Shown here: in pieces, positions 1 through 16,879 of the stretch | Numbering within the stretch: position 1 is the first letter of the stretch | Layout: every line of letters begins with the position of its first letter | Origin: Macrostomum lignano | Taxonomy: Eukaryota | Direction: 5' to 3' | Assembly (NCBI GenBank): GCA_002269645.1 | Contig: NIVC01003096.1 | Span: 1-64,000 of the forward strand | Length of the DNA: 64,000 nucleotides | Translations under genes and position numbers: made by a program | Notes under the pieces: model-generated | The model's database searches: none | What the model was told of the DNA's origin: nothing | What the model saw: the letters and a program-made list of their open reading frames with translations, nothing else

Positions 1-711
1 GCGCCCCTAGTGAACTTTATTGGTCCGTCTGTGCGACCGTTTTATATAATTTCCTGCAATTGAAGAAAAAGTAGCTGTATTCATCTCAGCCTTGCAGAGC
101 GGGGCAGTGAAGAGCTTTAAACTCCAAATAAATGCATGACGGAGGTGCGAAGCGAAGTCCCTGCAACTTGATCGAGTGCTCTTGAGCAAGATGGTCGCAT
201 TATTCAAGCCGCCGCCCCTGGGCCACTGCTGGAAAGAGATCATTTTTCTTCCGAGCACTCAATATCATCTGCATCCGTTAATCCCAGCTATTCGTCGCCT
301 TCATCACCTCATCGCTCTCGCCCCGCAAGAGTCCCGGGGATTTAAACTCTTGCTCTGGCTGCGCGGTTCCCACCGTGCCGCCTCATTTCCCCCCTCAGCA
401 GGGCCGGCCGGGCTTATCCGCTTTTCTCTGGGATTTTTCTCAAGCTGAAGCTGCAGCCGACCAAACACTGCCGCCGGTCTCTCCCTGCCGCTTGTAGGGG
501 ACCCGGGCTGGGAGGTCTGAGCGATTGTTTAGCATGGATATGCTTCAGTCACACGAACGGCTTCAGTGACATTGTACGGGCTTGTGCTTAAGCTTATACA
601 GTGGCATTTGCTTGCTGAAGGTTGCCAGACACCACTGATATTGGCAGTGACACTGTGAGTTGTAGGGTTTCAGTTCAGTGACAGCAAAAGGAATATCGAG
701 TTTTACTCAGA

Positions 712-1075
712 GCTCATGGGGGAATTGCTGAAATGCTGTTGGCTCATGGGGGAATTGCTGAAATGCTGTGGCTCATGGGGGAATTGCTGAGATGCTGTGG
801 CTCATGGTGGAATTGCTGAAATGCTGTGGCTCATGACGGAATCGCTGAAATGCTGTGGCTCATTGTGGAATTACTGAAATGCTGTTGGCTCATGGGGGAA
901 TTGCTGAAATGCTGTGGCTCATGGGGGAATTGCTGAAATGCTGTTGGCTCGTGGGGGAATTGCTGAAATTCTGTGGCTCATGGGGGAATTGCTGAAATGC
1001 TGTGGCTCATAGGGGAATCGCTGAAATGCTGTGGCTCATGGGGGAATTGCTGAAATGCTGTGGCTCATGTATGCT
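712..1075. repeat. Minisatellite, 29-30-bp unit GCTCATGGGGGAATTGCTGAAATGCTGT(T)G, about 12 copies
   Basis: Unit read directly in tandem, with scattered substitutions. Confidence 0.95.
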
Positions 1076-1336
1076 GAGATCTTAGGCGAGACAGTTGGCC
1101 TTCAGGGCGGGGCCCAGCTTTTTTGCTTTAAACATCATTTTCCCTAACGGACTAACAATAGTAGCTGTACAAGCTCAAAACCCTACATGTAGTTAATTCA
1201 AAAAATCTTTCTTTGTTTCCTGCCCAACGGGGGGCACAGATTGCTAGTTCACACTGCTCAGTGCTGGCTGACCCGGGCACCTGACAGCAACAACCCCTAG
1301 CTGACAGCTTTCGCCCTCAACACAGCGAATGCACTG

Positions 1337-3128
1337 AGAGCCTCAGCCGGGGTCTGCTGGCCGCACTTTAAGCTGCTTTATGGCCGCCAAGAGGAAGCTT
1401 CAAAATGCGCTGGTTAATTCGCACACAGATGACCTCAAAGTTGGGATTTTCGCGGAAAAGCAGCTCCGAATGAACGGCCTCGCCACTTTGTTGCTGCCGC
1501 TGACAAAGCAGTTGAAAGCAACTTAGCGTTGGCTTAGGCGTTGCTGCGCAGACCTTCCATCATAAATTATTTGGAGAGGCTGCAGACAAAGTCGAAGCTT
1601 TGCTGCCACCCCTCTGGCCGCCTCTGATCTCCTGATGGGTCAAAACAGACGATTAAGGGATAAAGCTGCCTGCTGCTGGCCCTGATATTTGTTCATCACT
1701 CTCACCCTCACTGATCTCACTCTCACCCTTACTGATCTCACTCTCACCCACTGATCTCACTCTCACCCACTGATCTCACTCTCACCCTCACTGATCTCAC
1801 TCTCACCCTCACTGATCTCACTCTCACCCCTCACTGATCTCACTCCCACCCCTCACTGATCTCACTCCCACCCCACTGATCTCACTCTCACCCCACTGAT
1901 CTCACTCTCACCCTCACTGATCTCACTCTCACCCTCACTGATCTCACTCTCACCCTCACTGATCTCATTCTCACCCTCACTGATATCACTCTCACCCTCA
2001 CTGATCTCACTCTCACCCTCACTGATCTCACTCTCACTCCACTGATCTCACTCTCACCCCTCACTGATGTCACTCTCACCCTCACTGATCTCACTCTCAC
2101 TCCACTGATCTCACTCTCACCCCTCACTGATGTCACTCTCACCCTCACTGATCTCACTCTCACCCTCACTGATCTCACTCTCACCCTCACTGATCTCACT
2201 CTCACCCTCACTGATCTCACTCTCACCCTCACAGAGCCTCAGCCGGGGTCTGCTGGCCGCACTTTAAGCTGCTTTATGGCCGCCAAGAGGAAGCTTCAAA
2301 ATGCGCTGGTTAATTCGCACACAGATGACCTCAAAGTTGGGATTTTCGCGGAAAAGCAGCTCCGAATGAACGGCCTCGCCACTTTGTTGCTGCCGCTGAC
2401 AAAGCAGTTGAAAGCAACTTAGCGTTGGCTTAGGCGTTGCTGCGCAGACCTTCCATCATAAATTATTTGGAGAGGCTGCAGACAAAGTCGAAGCTTTGCT
2501 GCCACCCCTCTGGCCGCCTCTGATCTCCTGATGGGTCAAAACAGACGATTAAGGGATAAAGCTGCCTGCTGCTGGCCCTGATATTTGTTCATCACTCTCA
2601 CCCTCACTGATCTCACTCTCACCCTTACTGATCTCACTCTCACCCACTGATCTCACTCTCACCCACTGATCTCACTCTCACCCTCACTGATCTCACTCTC
2701 ACCCTCACTGATCTCACTCTCACCCTTACTGATCTCACTCTCACCCACTGATCTCACTCTCACCCACTGATCTCACTCTCACCCTCACTGATCTCACTCT
2801 CGCCCTCACTGATCTCACTCTCACCCTCACTGATCTCACTCTCACCCTCACTGATCTCACTCTCACCCTCACTGATCTCACTCTCACCCTCACTGATCTC
2901 ACTCTCACTCCACTGATCTCACTCTCACCCTTACTGATCTCACTCTCACCCACTGATCTCACTCTCACCCACTGATCTCACTCTCACCCCTCGCTGATCT
3001 CACTCCCACCCCACTGATCTCACTCTCACCCCTCACTGATCTCACTCCCACCCCTCACTGATCTCACTCCCACCCCACTGATCTCACTCTCACCCCACTG
3101 ATCTCACTCTCACCCTCACTGATCTCAC
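1337..3128. repeat. 896-bp tandem segmental duplication (about 355 bp unique sequence plus a satellite block)
   Basis: AGAGCCTCAGCCGGGG starts at 1337 and 2233. ATATTTGTTCATC starts at 1685 and 2581. Both offsets are 896. The unique parts look identical by eye. Confidence 0.9.
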
Positions 3129-3770
3129 TCTCACCCTCACTGATCTCACTCTCACCCTCACTGATCTCATTCTCACCCTCACTGATCTCACTCTCACCCT
3201 CACTGATCTCACTCTCACCCTCACTGATCTCACTCTCACTCCACTGATCTCACTCTCACCCCTCACTGATGTCACTCTCACCCTCACTGATCTCACTCTC
3301 ACTCCACTGATCTCACTCTCACCCCTCACTGATGTCACTCTCACCCTCACTGATCTCACTCTCACCCTCACTGATCTCACTCTCACCCTCACTGATCTCA
3401 CTCTCACCCTCACTGATCTCACTCTCACCCTCACTGATCTCACTCTCTCACCCCCACTGATCTCACTCTCACCCTCACTCATCTCACTCCCACCCCACTG
3501 ATCTCACTCTCACCCCTCACTGATCTCACTCTCACCCCTCACTGGTCTCACTCACACACCTCACTGATCTCACTCCCACCCTCACTGATCTCACTCTCAC
3601 CCTCACTGATCTCACTCTCACCCCTCACTGATCTCACTCCCACCCCACTGATCTCACTCCACTCTCACTAATCACTATCTTATAACTCTCACTCTCACTA
3701 ATCACTCTCACTAATCACTATCTCACTCTCACTAATCACTCTCACTCTCACTAATCACTCTCACTAATCA
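1695..3770. repeat. Minisatellite, about 21-bp unit CACTGATCTCACTCTCACCCT, in two blocks (1695-2232, 2591-3770)
   Basis: Direct tandem units. This array explains the spurious (VRVRS)n ORFs. Confidence 0.95.
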
Positions 3771-4540
3771 CCCATTAGCTCGCGGAGCAGCTGCCCAATG
3801 CAGCGCAGAGGTGCACACTGTAAATCCTGGATGCCATTGAATTTGCCCGACTGCTTTGATTCTGCAGCAGCCGGTTAAAATCAGGCAGGCGAGGCAGGAG
3901 CCATAAACCCGGATTAGCAGAGCTCCGGGAGTTTATCGCATTTTCACTCCGCGCTGGCAGGTGATTTGGGAAGCGGTTACTAGGCAGAATCTGGCAGCTG
4001 CTTGAATCTCCCATTTTGAAATCGCTGGCATGAAAAATGGCCCCAGAGATACCTGGCAATTGGCTGGCGCAGGATTTGCCTTTTTGCATTTTATAATGCA
4101 ACAAATGGCGGGCCGCGCGTCAGATGCAATCAGCCTGCTGTCCCGGCAATGCAGAGCGAGCCGCCCCATATCTCCCTGCTGTCTTTGAACCTGCGGCACC
4201 CCCCCCCAATTAGCCTGAATCCCGGCAGCCCTGAGATGGGATGGGAAAAAACAATTTTGACGGAGAAATTGCATCCGTTTAGAAGGCTGCAATATTCCCA
4301 GCTCAAGCAGCAGAGGTGCCTTCCTATACTGCCAGTGCAGAGGCTGGAACAATGGCGGATGATGAAGCGGCATTGTGCTTTGGCTTGTCGGCGAGACTGT
4401 CTAAATAAAGGACTGTCTGATCTGCATTTAGCGGCTCGGCACTGATTCTCTTGCAGAGAAAAATTTTGAAAAATATGCGAAAATAATTCTCTAGAGAGGA
4501 GAAATAAAACTGCAGGGGATTTTCAGCACATCAGTGGCCC

Positions 4541-4770
4541 GAGTGTGCAGAGTGAGAGGGCAGAGTGAGAAGGCAGAGTGACAGTGCAGAGTGACAGTGC
4601 AGAGTGACAGTGCAGAGTGACAGTGCAGAGTGACAGTGCAGAGTGACAGTGCAGAGTGACAGTGCAGAGTGACAGTGCAGAGTGACAGTGCAGAGTGAGA
4701 GGGCAGAGTGAGAGGGCAGAGTGACAGTGCAGAGTGACAGTGCAGAGTGACAGGGCAGAGTGACAGAGGG
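4541..4770. repeat. Minisatellite, 13-bp unit CAGAGTGACAGTG
   Basis: Direct tandem units. Confidence 0.9.
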
Positions 4771-5402
4771 CAAGCAAAATGGAGTTCCAGGTGAAGGGTT
4801 TCACGGGGGATTATCGAAGGCCATCATGCATGTATGTTACAATGAGCTGCATATTGAAGAATTCGCAGACGGCCGGGCTGACACGCGGGGTCGCGAGCAG
4901 AATAAAGATGAACTTGATGAAATATTAAACTGCAGCAGGCGAATCGATGAGGCGAATTTCCGCTGTACAAGGCGGGGAGGCGGAGATCTCCCTGGGAAGC
5001 AGCCTGTCTGCGTCGCAGAATCCGCTCATCCGGCCGGCTCAGCAATTGACAAGGGATCAAGGAGGGGAAGATGCCTCCCCCCCCCCCCCAGAGCAGTTGT
5101 CTTGAGCCCCCCGGGCGATGCCGCAGCCGATAGCGGGCGCGAGGCGCTGCTCAGGCAGGAGCGGCGGAATTCGAGGGGTGCAGCGGCATGGCGGCAAGGT
5201 GGGCGGCTTAGAATGGGGAATTTCTCCCTTCTCCTCCCGACAGGGCGCAGCGGGGACCAATTCCAGCAGCTGTGCCTGGCCATTGGCCCCCACGCCCCTC
5301 CCTCATCGATGGCCGCCGCTACAGGATTAATGAGGCCGCTTCCGTCCTGCGGCGCCTCTTCCACCTCAGCGGAGAAGATTTCTATCTCAGACTCTTGCCG
5401 CA

Positions 5403-7252
5403 ATGTTCTCCGGTCTGTCAGCATTTGAGTCCGCTGCCCCGCTGCCGCAGGCTCTCATGCAGGTTTCCGTCGCCTCGGAGAAGTGAGTTCGAAACGTCTG
5501 CTCCATCATACTGATAGAACAGACCAGTTGCCAAGGGACGTCTGGGATTTATCTGGGCTCTGACTCTCCAGCCAAAGTGCCCGGGTTCGATTCCGAAAAT
5601 TGGTTTCGGGCTGGTCACGTGATTTGCACCTAGAAGGGCCACCCCCAAGCAGAGTGTGTACATGACTGGCATTGGAAATCAGGCCAACCCAAGCAGAGTG
5701 TGTACATGACTGGCATTGGAAATCAGGCCAACCCAAGCAGAGTGTGTACATGACTGGCATTGGAAATCAGGCCAACCCAAGCAGAGTGTACATGACTGGC
5801 ATTGGAAATCAGGCCAACCCAAGCAGAGTGTGTACATGACTGGCATTGGAAATCAGGCCAACCCAAGCAGAGTGTGTACATGACTGGCATTGGAAATCAG
5901 GCCAACCCAAGCAGAGTGTGTACATGACTGGCATTGGAAATCAGGCCACCCCCAAGCAGAGTGTGTACATGACTGGCATTGGAAATCAGAGCCAACCCCA
6001 AGCAAAGTGTGTACATGACTGGCATTGGAAATCAGGCCAACCCAAGCAGAGTGTGTACATGACTGGCATTGGAAATCAGGCCAACCCAAGCAGAGTGTGT
6101 ACATGACTGGCATTGGAAATCAGGCCAACCCCAAGCAAAGTGTGTTGGAAATCATGGCCGCATTGTGAGCAGGACCCGTGGTTCGATTCCGTGAGCGGCA
6201 GTGCCCGAAGCTCAGGAGCGTCTCCGACTGCCGCTCTTTTCAGTCCCCAGTCGCAGCCGGAGGACAAGGAGGAGCCGCAGCTGCAGCAGCCGCAGCGGCA
6301 GCGCCGGCAGCGCCGCTCCGTCGGCTGGTCGAACGAAGCGCCGGGGCAGCCGCCGTCGCCTTCTTCGGTGTCGCCGCCGCCGAGCATCCTGAAGGCGGCG
6401 CCCCAACAGCAGCCGCTGCCGCAGTCGGCGCTCCTCGCAGCCGGCGGAGACCAGTGGCAATCGGACGCAGCCACCCCGGACAGCGGCTGCTCAAGCTGCC
6501 TGTACATCTGCAGCCTGGCCCTCATCGCGCTGACCTTCCCGTTCTCGCTGATCTTCTGCCTCCGCGTGGTGGCCGAGTACGAGCGGGCGGTGGTGCTCCG
6601 CCTCGGCCGCGTGCTCGGCCAGCAGGGCAAGGGCCCCGGCCTGTTCTTCATCATCCCCTGCTGCGACAGCGTGCGCATCGTGGACCTCCGCACCGTGACA
6701 TTCGACGTGCCTCCGCAAGAAGTTCTAACGAAGGACTCGGTGACCGTGGCGGTGGACGCGGTGGTGTACTACCGGATCTTCAGCCCGGTGGTCAGCGTCA
6801 CCAACGTTGAGGACGCGGACCGGTCGACCCGCCTGCTAGCCCAGACAACCCTGCGCAACGTGCTGGGCACGAAGAACCTGTCCGAGATTCTTTCCGAGCG
6901 CGAGGAGATCAGCTGCATGATGCAGGAGTGCCTGGACCTCGCCACCGATCCCTGGGGCGTCAAGGTGGAGCGGGTGGAGATCAAGGACGTACGCCTGCCA
7001 GTGCAGCTACAGCGAGCAATGGCGGCGGAGGCGGAGGCCGCCAGGGAGGCGCGGGCGAAAGTGATCATGGCCGAGGGCGAGCAGAAGGCCAGCCGAGCGC
7101 TGCGGGAGGCCGCTGTAGTCATCCAGGAGTCGCCATTCGCCCTGCAGCTGCGCTACCTGCACACGCTGAATGTGATCTCGGCGGAGAAGAACTCCACCAT
7201 CATCTTCCCGCTGCCCATGGAGTTCCTGGCGCACTTTCGCACCGGTCAGTAG
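5403..7252 (+). CDS. STOM: Stomatin / band-7 (SPFH) membrane protein, mec-2-like; proposed exons 5403-5482 and 6244-7252 (362 aa)
   Basis: Translation has the hydrophobic hairpin (LALIALTFPFSLIFCL), VAEYERAVVLRLGR, GPGLFFIIPC, DLRTVTFDVPPQEVLTKDSVTVAVDAVVYYRI, AQTTLRNVLGTKNLSEILSERE, WGVKVERVEIKDVRLP, AMAAEAEAAREARAKVI and LQLRYL, all hallmark stomatin motifs. The track ORF starts at a TTG inside a satellite and has no ATG before the membrane segment. A phase-2 donor (AA|GTGAGT, 5483) matches a phase-2 acceptor (CTCTTTTCAG|, 6243). Exon 1 is inferred (about 0.6); the domain call is secure. Confidence 0.9.
5645..6145. repeat. Minisatellite, 44-bp unit CCAAGCAGAGTGTGTACATGACTGGCATTGGAAATCAGGCCAAC, about 11 copies, in the proposed stomatin intron
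   Basis: Period 44 (CCAAGC at 5645 and 5689). Confidence 0.95.
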
Positions 7253-7482
7253 GCCTGGTCGCTGAGTAGGAGATTTGACAGTACTTAGTGTCTTAACGAT
7301 TAACAACTAACACGATTAACAGCGCAGATTAACAAATTGATGTCCATATCACAACTAGTATGAGACTAACTTCAAGCTGTTGGATAGTCGGCAGAGCTGT
7401 CTATAACTAAAGACTTAGCCGCTGGTAATATTTTTGTAGTTCACTTCTGCAGAGCCTTTACTGCCGAGCATGGCCAGCAACG

Positions 7483-8110
7483 TGGGGTTCGAGTGGCAGC
7501 CATAGTCTATGGCCAGCCCTGCTGGGCACTAGCTGGAAAGCTTTGCATAGCAGTCTGGGGTTAAAGTGGCTATGGCCAGCCCTGCTGGGCACACTGGCTG
7601 GAAAGCTTTGCATAGCAGAGTGGGGTTAGAGTGGCAGCCATAGTCTATGACCAGCCCTGCTGGGCACACTGGCTGGAAAGCTTTGCATAGCAGAGTGGGG
7701 TTAGAGTGGCAGCTGTAGTCTATGGCCAGCCCTGCTGGGCACTGGCTGGAAAGCTTTGCATAGCAGAGTGGGGTTAGAGTGACAGCCATAAACTATGGCC
7801 AGCCCTGCTGGGCACTGGCTGGAAAGCTTTGCATAGCAGAGTGGGGTTAAAGTGACAGCCATAAACTATGGCCAGCCCTGCTGGGCACTGGCTGGAAAGC
7901 TTTGCATAGCAGAGTGGGGTTAGAGTGACAGCCATAAACTATGGCCAGCCCTGCTGGGCACTGGCTGGAAAGCTTTGCATAGCAGAGTGGGGTTAAAGTG
8001 ACAGCCATAAACTATGGCCAGCCCTGCTGGGCACTGGCTGGAAAGCTTTGCATAGCAGAGTGGGGTTAGAGTGACAGCCGTAGTCTATGGCCAGCCCTGC
8101 TGGGCACACT
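7483..8110. repeat. Minisatellite, 73-75-bp unit (GGCCAGCCCTGCTGGGCACTGGCTGGAAAGCTTTGCATAGCAGAGTGGGGTTAGAGTGACAGCCATAAACTAT), about 8 copies
   Basis: Period 73 (GGCC at 7797 and 7870). Confidence 0.95.
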
Positions 8111-9707
8111 GACAGAACGAAACTTTTTTAGACTTCGGCGTGAAATAATTGCATCCCAAGATGAGTCTCGAGCTTTTTCTCTTTGGCAGTTTATAAAAGA
8201 CTATAGAAAATGTCGTGTAAATTGAAACATTAATTTTTCTGTGACCCTTCGTCTCCTACAAAGGATTTTTGAATCAATCGAACAGTTTGCTATTTGTCGG
8301 CAGGATTGAGAGAGGATTGAGAGACTGCTTTTGCGCACTGCATGTAATCTTATCTGCTCTGCTTTTTCCATTTGCCTGAGCTGCTCTAGTCTACTTGAAC
8401 CAATGCTTTCCATCTGCTGCAGCGATCCTGAGCCTTTGCCATCAGTTCCCCTTTTCTGTTTTAGCATTAACTATAGAAAGCACTTCTGAAGTGCACGCGC
8501 GGACAACCAAAGTAGAAGGTCACTACGACTGCAAACCTCCTGTGAAATCTCTTTGCTGTACATGTATTTTTGCGAACAGATTATTCTCGGCTGGTTCGTC
8601 TCTTGATCATTTTCATGTGCTGCTCTTTGACTCAGTGAATTAGGGTCTGAGTACAGTAAAGATTACTCGATCATCTTAGTGTATCAGTAGCATTAAAAGC
8701 CCTTGATAGTAGCTTTAATCTGCTTTAACTTCAGTCATCTTTGCTTTACTGCCTGCGATGCTACCATATTTATCGATTTGATTCATCGTTCTTCATTTTT
8801 TCTTGTTCTAAAAATATATCAGCAGCCATTTTTAATCAGATCGAATAGTTCCCATATCGAACCTGCTTCTGCCTCATTCTTAAACATTCACTTGAACACG
8901 TGTGCATCGCAGCGAGGCGGCCAGGTGTGGCAACCAACGGCAATCAGCAGTTTGTGCTGAGCTCAGAGCTGCTAACCTACCACAGCAGCAGCTCCTAATA
9001 ATTATATAGTGGCGGCCAGAAGTGACGCAAGCAGCCTATTTGGCAGTCTACTAACCGAAGCCAACTGTGCTTAACTTATAGTGTATAGTCTCGATGGCTG
9101 ATGCATTTTCACCCTAGAAATACTTCCCTTGCACTGACGGTCGAGGCACTCGGCCACTTCAGAACCGCTACCGATGCCTCAGAGTTGCTTTCAATGCCCA
9201 AAGCGGCGGATCAACGGCACAGTAAAGGATAAACAGATTCGCCCGCCCGGGCCAGACTGAACTGCAGTGCAAAAACTGCAGGAGTCTCGGTGCCCTCCCG
9301 CAGTGCTGCCCTCCTGCAGTGCATCAGATTGCAGCTCCGCCACCCGCGGCGGGTCGGGTGTGCCTGCCTGCTTGCAAGTACCTGCATTATTAGCCTGTGC
9401 ATGTGTGTCATGGGCCCTCATCGACTCCAGAAATTTTGTGATGATTTGTTAGCACTAAAAGTATAAGTCCATAATGAAGATATGCGCGCACAATGTCACC
9501 AATAGCTGAGTTTAGTGAAGACCGAAATGCGCTTACGACTCCAACAATTTGTTTAACAGAGCGGCACGCTAAACAAGTGCATTGCACGATTGTGCCTGCT
9601 GCATACTTTGCCCGGCACAGATGTCCCTATTCCGCGCGTATTTCACGCTAATACAAAGATAAGGGGTGCAGTGAATGTGGGGTAAGCCCCATTCCCCTCT
9701 CCTACCC

Positions 9708-9770
9708 TCCTTGGTGGTCTAGCGCGGCGGTCTTATGTTCCAGCGGTCCAGGCTCGATTCCAAGTGCAGT
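9708..9770 (+). pseudogene. Degenerate tRNA(Glu)-like sequence, possibly the head of a tRNA-derived SINE
   Basis: TCCTTGGTGGTCTAG resembles the 5' end and A-box of eukaryotic tRNA-Glu (TCCCTGGTGGTCTAG). GGTCCAGGCTCGATTCC resembles its T-arm/B-box (GGCCCGGGTTCGATTCC). The middle is not a proper anticodon arm. Confidence 0.35.
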
Positions 9771-11537
9771 CACGTTAATATGGGGCAAAATTGGAATCTC
9801 AGCTGGGGTCTTCTCGTGCAAATAACGCCCTTGAGGGCCAACGCCATAGTGAAGTGTACTGCATACCTAACAATAAATAAAGTTAGGGTCACTGTGTGTA
9901 CACTCCTGTGTGAGTGTGTGCTTTGTGTGACTGCGTACGGATCCGCTGCGCCTGTGTGCCTGCTCAGGGGGGGGGCGGTGGAATGGGCAGCAATGCCTTT
10001 CGCCGGTTGTCTGACAGTGTCGCCTCTAGTAAAAATAACAAAAGGAGGGGTGGATAGATACTCGTAATTAAGGAGTGTAAATCAGTCACGTGATGAAATG
10101 CCTACATGGGAGAGCAAATGTGGAATAATGGCAATTGCTCTATTGTGTTTGGGTGAAAGTAAAAGTACATTTTTATACATACAGGAAAATTATTGCAATG
10201 CAAAGTAATAAAATATACAAATTTATGATTTGAACCTGTAACAGTAATTATGTGTAATTATAACCGCAAAAATACATACATGTATGTCCTCATGTTAACT
10301 CTGCTGTGCTTTCTGAGTACTGTACATTACATGTATCTAATTCCGATTCTATGTACACAATACACCACTGTGGCCCATCCGCTCAATTAACCCATTCGCC
10401 CAGACCCGTTCAGCCCAAAGGCCATCGAAGCGTTGATATGTGCATGTGTGTACGGGTTGTACCCACATGTACGGATCGATCGATAAAATTCTCTGGCCCG
10501 GGGCTAGACCGTTTAAAACGCGCTTATTGGCTGTTGAAACTGCCTCGCCACCCCCCATAAAATATCGGCCCTTTCCCTCTCACCCTTCCCCCTGACAGTC
10601 ACAAGTGCCAGCTGCGCTAAAGTGCAACTTGCTGGAGAAATTTGTTTCTCAACAGAGAGCCGAGAGTCTGATAAAATCAAGACTCCTTCCAATTCACGAG
10701 TCAGTTCCCCGCAACGCTGTACGATGGAAAAGCCGAACTCCGGCAGTTAAGCTGTTTGTTGACCAGCGCAGAAATTTGCGTTTCGTATTCAGTATATCTG
10801 GCATAAAATATTGGGTACAAGAGTCTTCACTTGGAGCTGGACTTGGGCACAGAAAGCCATAAACAAATACAGGACGCACTTCAGGACTTCTGACCGGCAC
10901 AACGCGGACTAAACGTAAACTATATATACGATACAGACCGGAGCAGAGCGAATGTTCAATTTGCATTTTCTCGCATGCAAGCGCGCGCAGCTCGCTACTG
11001 CGGCAAGTAGAGTGTTTAGTAAAATAGTTATATTAGTAAAAAGTGCGACCAGTTTTTCTAATTATTTTTTTCGCTAAAGCGTTGAGAGAGGCTGCTGGAT
11101 TAAATGCACAGGAAATTGCAGAAGCAACAAGCGGACAGAAACCAGTTCGGCATGAACGATTGCTAAGAGAGCATGAAGTGCATCGAATAAGAACTTTGAT
11201 GAAGGCAGGCCAAACAAAGCTAAATGGGCGACCAGTTGGGAGGCTGAAGCAGACAGAACAAACTACAATGAGAGCAGCTTGTGAAATAGCAGCAGAGGGG
11301 TGCAAGACCAGACACTGCGAGTACCCTACTTTCACGACAAAAAGGATAAAAAATCCGCGTTCATTTGCACTAAAAATTGAACTCGAGCAGAAACATGCAA
11401 GGGGGGGGGCAGAGACCGCGCACCAAAGACAAGACAGTGATAGACAAGCAACGGGAAATATTCGCATGAGGGAACAATGTCCCGCAGAGCAACAGTGTTG
11501 GCTGCTCCAAAGTCAGTGGAATGAATCGCCAGCTACG

Positions 11538-15467
<3,930 letters not shown>

Positions 15468-16879
15468 GGTTGCGGATCACCTGCGGATCACCTGTGGAGT
15501 GGAGAGGAGTCATTGCGTCTGCACCGCCCAAGAGCAACAAAGTGAAACCAAGAGAGAGCCGCAGAGGCAGCAGCCTGAATGCCTGCTGCAGGTGCACTGG
15601 GTTGCTGGGATGTCAAGTCAATGCATCAATGGTTCAAGAGAGCTTTCTATTGTGAGCTGCCAGGGGTGGGTGATGGGGTGCTATATATGACGGCCAGCCT
15701 CCAGTCCGCTGCTCCCCCGCTAGCCATCTGGAAAAGTGCAGGCAGGCGGCTGCAGCCCGCAGAGCATCACCGCAGGACCCGCAGCCAGCTGCAGTGACCC
15801 CAAACTGCACTCGGTTTTACAAGGGGAAATGGAGCCATTATCGTTAGGAGCAAAATTCAATGGGTTACTGGGTGCCGGCATGCGGCCATGCACTTGGGGC
15901 CGCCCGGCCTTTCGGGAAGGCAAAGAAATTATAAAACTCTGCAGGTTCTCCTGCCCTGCCGCTCTTATCGGCCTTACAGTTTTGGTGTAAGACTGGGAGC
16001 CCCTGGCCAGAGTGTCTTCATCTGGCGAGTGCTGGTGATAAGGGAACAAAGACTGCACAGATACGAGCTAGATAAAGGTCTTTATTGCCTTGGTGCAGGC
16101 TTGCCGCTTTTCCCACGCTCTGGTAGGAACTTGAAGGGGACTTACTTGGGTCTGCTGTTGGCTTCAAGTCTGCGGAGCCGAAATCCGGTTTGGTTCAGCT
16201 GCTCTTTGGCTTGCTCTGCTTGCAGGAGCGGGAGAAATCAGCAATTGCTGGGCCGGGACCGGGGATTTATACGGGCGGGGGAGGCCCGCGCTATTTCTGT
16301 CCGGATTCTCCTCCCCACCGAGCCGCTATTGGCTGTTGCCCGGCAACTGGGCGCTCTGAGGCCCTCTGTGCCGCTGCTGGCGCCCCCCCCGCGCCTCTCC
16401 AAACAGCCGTGGCCCCCGCGCGCCAGAAATTTCTAGACGCGCCCGTCTTGAGCTAAAAATAGGCGCCGATCGATAACCGGATCCCCGCCGCTCCCAGCGA
16501 AGGCCCGAAAATATCGGCTGCTCTCCGACCGAGGCTGAGAGGGGATTTTCTTCCCGCACTCCGCGTTCTAAAGTCCCCCGCGGGCTCCCGGGGGCTGAGA
16601 GACGTGGGGAGACGGCGGGCGGCACGAGTTGCCATTTTTGGACAAGGGAAGCTCTGGGCGAAAGGAAAAAGGGGAAGAGAAAGCGGAGACTCTCCCGGCC
16701 TCTCCGCCTCTCCGTCTCGCCTAAGTGCAGGAGAGCGGAGGAGCACTTGAAGCAGCCGGGGGGCAAAAGTACACTTGCACGGCTGCCGGGGGGAATCTGC
16801 TGAACACAGACCTGCTAGTAGCAGAAATAATCTTCTTGAAGCTGGCCAAGACCACAATGCAGCGGATGGGATAAAATCT

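Noticed and set aside
4760-5428. 222-aa ORF and the overlapping GC-rich ORFs upstream of stomatin, plus similar short ORFs at 15.5-16.9 kb and 37-38.6 kb
   Set aside because: No recognisable domain; consistent with chance ORFs in GC-rich non-coding DNA.
6113-6243. Track start of the stomatin ORF (TTG at 6113)
   Set aside because: It lies inside the 44-bp satellite. A phase-matched spliced model from ATG 5403 is more parsimonious.
8200-8900. Possible decayed non-LTR retrotransposon (minus-strand AQDRCSRWKALV resembles the RTE C-terminal AQDRxxWRxLV)
   Set aside because: Single short motif among many stops; no RT or endonuclease motifs were found to support it.
10385-10400. TTAACCC, a piggyBac-like terminus
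   Set aside because: No matching GGGTTAA end with an inverted repeat was found nearby.
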